From: a virus
Strand: one strand, 5' to 3'
Length of the DNA: 30,325 bases
UHGV virus genome: UHGV-0061407
The notes beneath the pieces are model-generated. The model worked only from the letters and a program-made list of their open reading frames with translations. It was not told the DNA's origin and did no database searches. A program made the translations under genes and the position numbers. Shown here one piece after another: positions 9,390-16,665 of this stretch (the first letter of the stretch is position 1; every line of letters begins with the position of its first letter).

Positions 9390-9493
9390 CTTGTGATTTG
9401 AATCCGTTATTTACAAAATGTATTCGAGACAGTATCTTTCGACTTCCGGACAAAAAAACATATACCGGGACAAAATCTAAATGTAACTGCCTT

Positions 9494-9554
9494 GCCTGCA
9501 TGAAACCATGCGGGCTTTTTTTTTGCCCAAAGAAAAAGCCCACCGAAGTGGGCC
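9494..9554. terminator. Back-to-back terminator hairpins (plus-strand hairpin + T9; minus-strand hairpin ggcccac-uucg-gugggc + U5)
   Basis: Plus: stem 9494-9502/9507-9515 (one G-U), loop aaac, T-run 9516-9524. Minus: stem 9538-9543/9548-9553 with UUCG-type loop, followed by T-run (complement of 9531-9537). Confidence 0.5.
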
Positions 9555-9927
9555 TTACAGCTATCATCATTTTTTATTAGGTGTGGTGCCGGGTGCCTCC
9601 CGGTAAGTCGCCGCCAGTCCACAGACGACTCGCAATGCGCAAAAAAACATATCAGACTGGCAATGCCCCTCCGCATAGGGGGATTCACCACACGGATAAT
9701 TTAGGATGTAGTCATAGGCGGCGTCAATAACTGACACTCTGTCAAAGGCACCATTACGATGCCTTTTGCACAGTGCTAATCACTGGCTCTAATAAGGGGC
9801 CAGAGCAAAGCGATTACCCCGGCTACCAGCACTCCATCAGCCAGGATTGACATCATTTTGCTGGTGAAGTCGATAGCAACCACCAGAAACAAAAGCACCC
9901 CAGCTGCGGCCCAGCGAAGTTTACCGA

Positions 9928-10353
9928 TCACAGGTACTGGTCTAGTGGAAGTTGCAGAGCCTGGGCAATTTTCTTCAGCTGTTTCTCTTCTTCTTCCCCG
10001 ATGCCGTCGTTATCAGCTACATCAAGACACAGGCAAAGAACATCGACAGCGTCATCCGTCCCGGCAACATCAGCCAGTTCGCGCAGCGCCTGAGCGTTGG
10101 CTGAACGCGGTGATGCTTCATAGCGAGCGCGAATATTCGAACTCATCTGGGCAATTTCACCAGCAAATGGCGCGAATGCCGGGAGGGCCGAAATAGTCTT
10201 CTCCAGCACTGCAATCTCTTTTGCATCGCAGGTACCATCGGCGTATGCAATCGAGTACGCTCCCCAGACCGTGGCTTCTACGGCATCGCGGTTTTCCATT
10301 TTTTTCACTTCAACAACGGCTTTACGGGCTTTCTTTTTAAAAATACCAAACAT
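9928..10353 (-). CDS. TerB-like (tellurite-resistance TerB family) protein
   Basis: 141 aa; two repeats of the TerB-like pattern (AYADGTCDAKEIAVL and LDVADNDGIGEEEEKQLKKIAQAL) matching what I recall of TerB (a.aDG...eE...l..ia..l). Confidence 0.6.
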   Translation of the reverse strand: MFGIFKKKARKAVVEVKKMENRDAVEATVWGAYSIAYADGTCDAKEIAVLEKTISALPAFAPFAGEIAQMSSNIRARYEASPRSANAQALRELADVAGTDDAVDVLCLCLDVADNDGIGEEEEKQLKKIAQALQLPLDQYL

Positions 10354-10485
10354 AGTGACTTTCCTTTTAGCGGGTGAGCCAGCGCTCAGGAATGATCAGC
10401 CCACAGAGACAGTCACACTGACTATTCCCTATGGCTCACCCCTGAAAGGCTCTGTGGTTAAATAACGCCGAGCGTGGCGCAGATA

Positions 10486-10510
10486 CGAAAAAGGCCCGCG
10501 TATGCGAGCC
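10486..10510 (-). terminator. Terminator-like hairpin downstream of the methyltransferase gene
   Basis: 7-bp stem with one mismatch (10493-10499/10504-10510) followed on the minus strand by a T-run (complement of 10486-10491). Confidence 0.3.
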
Positions 10511-10796
10511 TGGTGGATCCGCTTACTGATACGGAGCGACCAACCTAAGTTGTCGTAGATTCAAATTGTGGCCCTGCTTTTAAGTCACTTTGCGGTCAGC
10601 TGGGACATGTAAGTTACGCATTGTGATCGGGATTCGCTTCAGACGCTGGCCCCGCAGCCATATAAGTGCCGGTTACGGTTCCGGCCAGGTCTCTTCCTCA
10701 ACAGGTTATTCTCCATACGGATTACCGTTTGTTGGTCGTTCCAGCGATCTCAATTTTCCGGTTACGTTTATCCGGCGGCTTACGCCCGGTTAAGCC

Positions 10797-11876
10797 CTAA
10801 GGTAAGGGATTTGGTTGTGGTGGCCGGTGCTCCAGCAAATTACGCATTTCACTGACCGTCTGTTCAAATCTCTCGGTTTCCAGTTCGACACCTAGCCCCC
10901 TTCGCCCGAGAAGAGCAGCCTGCTTGAGCGTTGAGCCTGATCCAAAAAAGAAATCAGCTACAACATCACCCGGGCGGCTACTCGCTGTGATTATCTGCTC
11001 CAGCATATCCGCAGGCTTTTCACATGGGTGTTTACCTGGATAAAACTGAACAGGCTTATGAGTCCAGACGTCGGTATATGGCACCGTGACTGATACGCTG
11101 AATGGTCGCCGTAAACGGTAATATTCCTGCTGGAGTTCAGAATATTTTCGGCTTAACGATTGCCAGGTGGCGACAAGCTGGTGGTGAGGTTTTCCCAGTT
11201 CGTTGCGCGAGTGCTTATCCATGGCGATTTTTTGAAACAAAGCCTGCAACTTTAAATAATCGGCTTCGTTCGGTAGCTGCCACTGACTAAGGCCAAACCA
11301 GTGGGAAACCATATTTTTCTTACCTGTGGCTTCTGCAATCTGAGCCGACGTCACGCCAAGAGATTCCCGTGCATCACGGAAGTAAGAAATTAAAGGCGTC
11401 ATGACGTGTTGCTTTAACTCATTACACTTTGCGGCATATCCATCGTCTTTGGGCCTGTATGGCCCCTGATAATGGTCGGCAAAAATGATACGCTCAGTGG
11501 CAGGGAAATAAGCGCGTAAGCTCTCCTTATTGCAGCCGTTCCATCGCCCTGATGGCTTAGCCCAGATGATATGGTTGAGCAGGTTAAACCGCTCTCTCAC
11601 CAACAGCTCAATATCCGCTGCCAGGCGGTGCCCACAGAACAGATACATGCTGCCGGCAGGTTTTAACACTCGCCAGAACTGTGCCAGACAGCTATCCAGC
11701 CAACGTAAATAGTCTTCGTCCCCCTTCCATTGGTTATCCCAGCCGTTTGGCTTCACCTTAAAATAAGGCGGATCGGTAACAATAAGATCAATGGAGTTAT
11801 CGGGTAGCGATGGGAGGTATTGCAGGCAATCAGCATTGATTAAATCAATACTGGATATTTTTACAGTATTTTTCAT
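10797..11876 (-). CDS. Orphan DNA methyltransferase, beta-class amino-MTase (N6-adenine or N4-cytosine)
   Basis: 359 aa; motif IV DPPY (LIVTDPPYF) near N-terminus and AdoMet motif I (DFFFGSGST) near C-terminus, the order typical of beta-class MTases; no adjacent restriction endonuclease ORF. Confidence 0.85.
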   Translation of the reverse strand: MKNTVKISSIDLINADCLQYLPSLPDNSIDLIVTDPPYFKVKPNGWDNQWKGDEDYLRWLDSCLAQFWRVLKPAGSMYLFCGHRLAADIELLVRERFNLLNHIIWAKPSGRWNGCNKESLRAYFPATERIIFADHYQGPYRPKDDGYAAKCNELKQHVMTPLISYFRDARESLGVTSAQIAEATGKKNMVSHWFGLSQWQLPNEADYLKLQALFQKIAMDKHSRNELGKPHHQLVATWQSLSRKYSELQQEYYRLRRPFSVSVTVPYTDVWTHKPVQFYPGKHPCEKPADMLEQIITASSRPGDVVADFFFGSGSTLKQAALLGRRGLGVELETERFEQTVSEMRNLLEHRPPQPNPLP

Positions 11877-12025
11877 AGATCAGTAAGCGTAACTCTGATA
11901 GGCTCACTTTGCTTTTGCGCTAAAGCAGTGGGCCGTGGTTAGCTTGTGACCTGAAAGCATGAGCTGATGGCTGGCCGGGTGCTACAACACCCACCAGCCG
12001 CCCATTTTCACAGCAAAAGCCCCCA

Positions 12026-12217
12026 TTACTGGAGGCGCTTATAACATCCGAACTGATAATCAGATAACCCCGCCATTACCAGCTGCGTAAGTATGAACTG
12101 GCAGCGTTCGCGGCTCAGGTGAGTATTCTGAGCAATCTCCCAAGCCGTAGCCGGTTTGTTACTTAACTCATCAAAAACAGCCTTGGCTGTTTCCGTCATA
12201 TCTTGCTGATTTAGCAT
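12026..12217 (-). CDS. Hypothetical small protein (possible winged-helix)
   Basis: 63 aa from internal ATG with GAGG RBS (track ORF 12026..12277 begins upstream of this); first gene after the tR'-like terminator. Confidence 0.4.
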   Translation of the reverse strand: MLNQQDMTETAKAVFDELSNKPATAWEIAQNTHLSRERCQFILTQLVMAGLSDYQFGCYKRLQ

Positions 12218-12320
12218 GTCTTTTACCTCAAATAAGTTGCGTGACATACAGATAACTCTGGTGACGGTATCCAGCAAGAAGTAATTGAAAGAGAAGAAGA
12301 TTTTATCGATTTTAGCCCAT

Positions 12321-12345
12321 AAAAAAACCCGCTCGCTGGCGGGTT
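12321..12345 (-). terminator. tR'-like intrinsic terminator immediately downstream of the Q-dependent promoter
   Basis: Minus-strand hairpin cccgc-cagcga-gcggg (extended by A-U pairs) followed by U7 (plus-strand A7 at 12321-12327). Confidence 0.55.
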
Positions 12346-12370
12346 AATCAACGTTGAACATACAAAGCCC

Positions 12371-12411
12371 ATCGTTATAAATAAAATTACACAAAAGCGG
12401 CAACTTTGCAA
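12371..12411 (-). promoter_or_regulatory. pR'-like late promoter with sigma-dependent pause element (qut-like region)
   Basis: Minus strand: -35 TTGCAA (12406-12411), 16-nt spacer, -10 TAATTT (12384-12389), then AACGATGGG (12368-12376), which matches the pause-inducing AACGATGGG motif I recall from lambda pR'; located within 60 nt of the Q stop codon. Confidence 0.5.
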
Positions 12412-12427
12412 GTAACGTGTCGCTAAA

Positions 12428-13276
12428 TTATGCGATATTTATCAAATCAGACACCTTTGTCACACGTTTAAGCTGTGAGTCGGTATAACTCTCTTCCTCA
12501 AAGCATTTTGTAACCAGACTTTCATAGAAAGGTTTCCAGCTATATCGCCAGGTACGTTCTGGCAGACCAGGCAGCTCAGAGAGCATGCCCCTGTATGCAT
12601 TCGAAGACTTAGGACGACTGTAACCGCGGCCTTCACAACGTTTACATATTTTGTAGACAGGCACTCCCTGCAGCTCTGACTCTTTACGGTCCAGGGTTTT
12701 TCCCGTACCGCCACACTGACATCGCTTGCTGATTTTCCCGGTGCCGCCGCATTTGAAGCAGAGAACATGGTCAACCTCTTCCACCTGACGTTTTACTTCA
12801 AAATCCGAAGGTGACTGCCTGAGGTCTTTTGCCCATTGCGGTAATCTCATTGTGTAGTGGCTTTTTTCCACCATTGAGGTTTTTTTTATGAAGCCTGAAC
12901 CAGAACACTTCCGGCAATCTACGCTGTCAGCTGCAGACGAGGCATAGTCGTTATAAGCGAACCGAGCTATTATCAGCATACACAGCGGGAACTTCTTCCC
13001 TGCTGCTTTTCTTATCGAACGAGGCGCTTTTGATTTTGCATATTCAGCCAACCAACTGACGGATGCCTTTCTGTCATGTTCGCTGATTCCAGCTTTACCC
13101 AAAAACATTGACAGGCCTATTCCTGCCTCTGCCTGTGTCATCCCCAGAGCCGCCATTACATCTGTCACAGTAAGTTGCTCGCTGGCGGTTGCACGACCGC
13201 TATCGGAAATATGCATTCCTTTGGGCGCGAAAAATTTGGGAATTGATTCAATATTCATGCTCAGTACTCCATACAC
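12428..13276 (-). CDS. Q: Late-gene antiterminator Q (lambda-Q family)
   Basis: 282 aa; segments read as clearly related to lambda Q as I recall it: GRATASEQLTVTDVMAALGM; ARFAYNDYASSAA; zinc-finger-like CRKCSGSG and CKRCEGRGYSRP; C-terminal PERTWRYSWKPFYESLVTKCFEEES. Confidence 0.85.
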   Translation of the reverse strand: MYGVLSMNIESIPKFFAPKGMHISDSGRATASEQLTVTDVMAALGMTQAEAGIGLSMFLGKAGISEHDRKASVSWLAEYAKSKAPRSIRKAAGKKFPLCMLIIARFAYNDYASSAADSVDCRKCSGSGFIKKTSMVEKSHYTMRLPQWAKDLRQSPSDFEVKRQVEEVDHVLCFKCGGTGKISKRCQCGGTGKTLDRKESELQGVPVYKICKRCEGRGYSRPKSSNAYRGMLSELPGLPERTWRYSWKPFYESLVTKCFEEESYTDSQLKRVTKVSDLINIA

Positions 13277-14332
13277 TCAAGCTTTTACAATGACACCGAT
13301 ACCCATTACCCGGTCCAGAAAACGAGCCCACAGCTCTAACTGAGTGCCATATTTCTTTTCGAACTCTGATGTATTGGCGTGTAATTCATCGTGATGCACT
13401 CTGCACAGTGGTATCACGAAGAGATCATGGGCCTTGGTGCCAGTTCCCCCCAGACCATTCCCTATTATATGGTGTGGATCGTCTGATGGTTGCCTACAGC
13501 ATTCACATGGCTGAGTTTTAACCCAACGTGTGTAAACTTCGCAGGTCCAGCGCCGGCGCTTTGGGCGGCGCATAAATGATTCGGGGCTGTTCGAATCGAC
13601 ACCAAGCCTCAGAATGGGTTTACTTTCAATCTGAGGTTGCTCAATGAGTAAACTGGCGTCCGTCAGGTCTATGCCCTCGACAAGATCCTGAAGGATTTCA
13701 CCTGCAGCAAATGACGGGACAATATCGCTATCCTTATAAACGGACAGGAAAGGTTCCTCAGGCAGTCTTAAGGCCTGTTGCGCCATCGTCTCGGTTATTG
13801 CGTCAGCAATGCCGGATTTCACAGCCCACCAGCAGAGCTCCGCCATCGATAATTCGCGCTCCTTATTGTATCCAAGGCTGATCAACACCCTTTCAATCAC
13901 CCACTGAACCAGATTCTGATAAGCCAGCTCTGACAACATTTCGGTGGTCTGCTCACGTAATTCATTATCACAATGCCAGCAGACAACCATGGCGCCAGGC
14001 GGATGCCGCATAGTCACTAATTCATGGTGGTGATAGTGGGAATGCGGGTACTGGCACTCTCTGACATGTCGTAGAAGCCAGGCCTCAAGAGCGTTAATTC
14101 CACCAGCTGCGTTAATAACCCTCTTATCCCTCATGAAAAAACGCAGAATGTCCATTTCTGCAAGGGGCTGACGTGCATCGGCGATCCGCCCAGTGGGCAG
14201 TGTTTTCATCTTCTCTGGCTGACGCTCTATCAGGACACGGCCGCCGGTAAAGAGAGACATCAATTCGCGGCCTGGTTTGAAAAGAACAACGCCCAGGCGC
14301 GGCACAATTTCCGGAGTAAGCAATGCTCGCAC
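13277..14332 (-). CDS. DUF968-like prophage protein with C-terminal His/Cys-rich motif
   Basis: 351 aa; C-terminal HHIIGNGLGGTGTKAHDLFVIPLCRVHHDELH; size and position (adjacent to Q) resemble the YdfU-type DUF968 proteins of lambdoid prophages; family assignment from memory. Confidence 0.5.
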   Translation of the reverse strand: MRALLTPEIVPRLGVVLFKPGRELMSLFTGGRVLIERQPEKMKTLPTGRIADARQPLAEMDILRFFMRDKRVINAAGGINALEAWLLRHVRECQYPHSHYHHHELVTMRHPPGAMVVCWHCDNELREQTTEMLSELAYQNLVQWVIERVLISLGYNKERELSMAELCWWAVKSGIADAITETMAQQALRLPEEPFLSVYKDSDIVPSFAAGEILQDLVEGIDLTDASLLIEQPQIESKPILRLGVDSNSPESFMRRPKRRRWTCEVYTRWVKTQPCECCRQPSDDPHHIIGNGLGGTGTKAHDLFVIPLCRVHHDELHANTSEFEKKYGTQLELWARFLDRVMGIGVIVKA

Positions 14333-14340
14333 AATCCCCC

Positions 14341-14871
14341 CTAAACAGTCAGATCTTTAAGCTTCTGCACGGCTTTACCAACTTCAGCCATAGCATCTAC
14401 GAACTCGTCAAACTTCCTGCTGGCCATTCCATATGCCTGGAGAATCTCCAACTTCAAGGGATCGAGCTGTTTCTTAATTTCTGCACGATCCCCGGCTTTT
14501 TTCTCCGCTTCCTCTGCCGCTTTGATCAAGGCGTCAGCCTGTTTACGTAATGCTTCCGGAGTTACTTCGAGTTGTTTATTCATTTTGCATTCCATCGTCG
14601 GCTGAGGAGGTGTCATTACAGGCGCCACAGATTTGTGACCATATTTCGGGTGGTGCAAGGTAGTAGACCTTCCATCATCTATCACGCAGAGCATCCCGCT
14701 TTCCCGGATTATTTCGATCAGGGTCTCTTTTTCTTTGCGATTGAGCCCACTGTATGCCGCCACTTTGTGCGTCAGGTGGGTTAGCGTTGCGCCTTCTGGT
14801 TGCCTCTCTACAAAACGCTTTACCCTGGAAAGCACTGGTTGCAGGTGTGGCGGAGTCATTCTCATGTTCAC
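14341..14871 (-). CDS. Hypothetical protein (N-terminal winged-helix-like, C-terminal coiled-coil-like)
   Basis: 176 aa ORF tightly packed between KilA-N and DUF968-like genes. Confidence 0.5.
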   Translation of the reverse strand: MNMRMTPPHLQPVLSRVKRFVERQPEGATLTHLTHKVAAYSGLNRKEKETLIEIIRESGMLCVIDDGRSTTLHHPKYGHKSVAPVMTPPQPTMECKMNKQLEVTPEALRKQADALIKAAEEAEKKAGDRAEIKKQLDPLKLEILQAYGMASRKFDEFVDAMAEVGKAVQKLKDLTV

Positions 14872-14874
14872 CCC

Positions 14875-15717
14875 TTACTGCGTGACAACGCCAATGAGCT
14901 TTAAAAGCTCAGGAAATTTCGATTCGAAGAAGTGCGGTTGCGTCTCACGTGGATTTGCCGGGCTGGTGATGTTTTTACCGTACAGACAACCTTTTGCCGT
15001 AACAGACCAGAATCTTTTCACGCCATTGATACCCGTTCGGCTGCGGCGCTCCTTCTGCTCGACTATGCCGTGACCAGCCATAAGGTGATAAGCCTGGTTC
15101 GCGGTCATTCTGATGTTGTTAGCTTTAAGCAAAGCGCTAAGAGACAGCGTTGGTCTGCTGGAACCATCCTGCGCGCCAGCTGGTGCATCAATGGCATATG
15201 AAGGCATTAAATCAGGCAGCCCTGCTACCTGCTGAAGCTTCTGATATGCTCCGAGCTTTGACGAATTAGAGAGATTGAGCATTTTGGCTGCAGATTCCAG
15301 GAGGATTATGCCAGCCTGAATGCGATCGGTATTGACGGTTGCAGCCCCAGCAGTGTGGAGCGCGTCAAACGTTCTGATGACCTTCAGATTAAAAACAGCG
15401 CTGATCCACATCGCGTAGGCATACACCAACTCACGGCAAACATAGGTACCTTGCTCATTTCCGCCGCGGATGACACTTACAGGTTCTGAAATATCCGAGT
15501 TGCTATTTTGCAACTCGCCTATCAATTGCGCAGTTTGTTCGTTACGTAGCCAGAATGCAGGCTTATGGCGGTCAAGGGAGCCGGAAGCACGATGGAGATC
15601 GTTTAGGCAATAACGACCAAGGACATCACGACGAACAGAAATACCATCAATAACAAAAAAAGTGTGATTATTGGATGCAGCAGCACCCATGACGTGGTTA
15701 GTCATAGCTTTCTCCAT
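14875..15717 (-). CDS. KilA-N domain protein (antirepressor-like)
   Basis: 280 aa; N-terminal region FFVIDGISVRRDVLGRYCLNDLHRASG...KPAFWLRNEQT...GTYVCRELVYAYAMWISAVFNLKVIRTFDAL fits the KilA-N pattern. Confidence 0.65.
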   Translation of the reverse strand: MEKAMTNHVMGAAASNNHTFFVIDGISVRRDVLGRYCLNDLHRASGSLDRHKPAFWLRNEQTAQLIGELQNSNSDISEPVSVIRGGNEQGTYVCRELVYAYAMWISAVFNLKVIRTFDALHTAGAATVNTDRIQAGIILLESAAKMLNLSNSSKLGAYQKLQQVAGLPDLMPSYAIDAPAGAQDGSSRPTLSLSALLKANNIRMTANQAYHLMAGHGIVEQKERRSRTGINGVKRFWSVTAKGCLYGKNITSPANPRETQPHFFESKFPELLKLIGVVTQ

Positions 15718-15793
15718 ACATTTTTATGTGACGAAGGGCCTGCACGCCCGTTTCGTTTGCACTCTTTGAGATTACTGGCAAGTTGCATAGACT

Positions 15794-16192
15794 TCAACCT
15801 ACCACTGAACAAACATCCAGCGTTTTTTTATACGCCGATATGGTGATTTCTACCCGCCCGCCTTTAACATTCTCACCCCACTCTATAGCCATGCGCTTTA
15901 CCTGGTTGTCGTCCTCCCAGATACCGGCATAAGTCAAAGCATCAAGAAGTGCCTTGTTGTAATTGTCCAGGTCACGCCGGCGATAGTCTGGCGGATAGAG
16001 AATAATTTCTACTGCTGCTGGCGCGGTAGATGGTTTTGGTATTGCACGCAGTTGCTCAATGATCGCTGACCGTACTGCATGTTTGAATTTACGGCCGGCT
16101 GCGCTGACAAGGTGTTTACCTTTTGCGGGCCCCTTATTTGGGGACCGCCAGTAGGTGTTCACGCTGGGCGGGAATGGAAGTAAAAATTTCAT
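15794..16192 (-). CDS. rusA: Holliday-junction resolvase RusA
   Basis: 132 aa; RusA-like motifs (PPSVNTYW, RRRDLDNYNKALLDALTYAGIWEDDNQV, KGGRVEITI). Confidence 0.85.
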   Translation of the reverse strand: MKFLLPFPPSVNTYWRSPNKGPAKGKHLVSAAGRKFKHAVRSAIIEQLRAIPKPSTAPAAVEIILYPPDYRRRDLDNYNKALLDALTYAGIWEDDNQVKRMAIEWGENVKGGRVEITISAYKKTLDVCSVVG

Positions 16193-16665
16193 TCTGCCTC
16201 CAGCACTATTTTCAACTCAAACGGAACATCTCCTCCGCAATAGCAGAGCGGGCCAAGGTCAGACATGAGGCTCCACAGGGTCATTGACGTATAGCCATTT
16301 TCGTCTGTTACCGGGGGCGAAAAGTCTCCGAAGATCGCCGGGTGCTGGATTCGATTCTGCTCGTGTTGTTTTTCCAAATGTCTGAGGGAAACTTCATTAA
16401 GTTTCACTTTTACGATGCTGTTGAGATTGACCGATATTTCTCTGGCCAACAGCGAAGGGGTGATACTGATACCGCGAGAAACCCCGCGGGTGATTGTGAT
16501 AACACCCTTTTTCTCCAACGCCTTAAGGTGTGTTGCTGCTGCATTGGGGGACCGGCACCCCAGCATGCCGGTCAGTTCGTAAGTTGTAGGCGGAAAACCA
16601 TGTTTACGCTGATATTCGATCAGGAGGTCAAGGACCTCCTGCTGCCTTAAGGTCAAGGAAGTCAT
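16189..16665 (-). CDS. LexA-type winged-helix DNA-binding domain protein lacking the S24 peptidase domain
   Basis: 158 aa from ATG 16665, which overlaps the C5-MTase stop (ATGA); N-terminus LTLRQQEVLDLLIEYQRKHGFPPTTYELTGMLGCRSPNAAATHLKALEKKGVITITRG resembles the LexA N-terminal DNA-binding domain; no Ser-Lys protease motifs. Confidence 0.55.
   Translation of the reverse strand: MTSLTLRQQEVLDLLIEYQRKHGFPPTTYELTGMLGCRSPNAAATHLKALEKKGVITITRGVSRGISITPSLLAREISVNLNSIVKVKLNEVSLRHLEKQHEQNRIQHPAIFGDFSPPVTDENGYTSMTLWSLMSDLGPLCYCGGDVPFELKIVLEAE

Noticed and set aside
9244-9691. ORFs 9244..9570 and 9407..9691 (minus) and 9398..9580 (plus)
   Set aside because: They run across three terminator hairpins and the promoter-like segment upstream of the holin; translations are not protein-like.
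10590-10793. Plus-strand ORF 10590..10793 and other short plus-strand ORFs inside minus-strand genes (for example 11102..11290, 16342..16650, 16848..17246, 18607..18951)
   Set aside because: Antisense to well-supported minus-strand genes or located in the non-coding gap; no RBS and no motif support.
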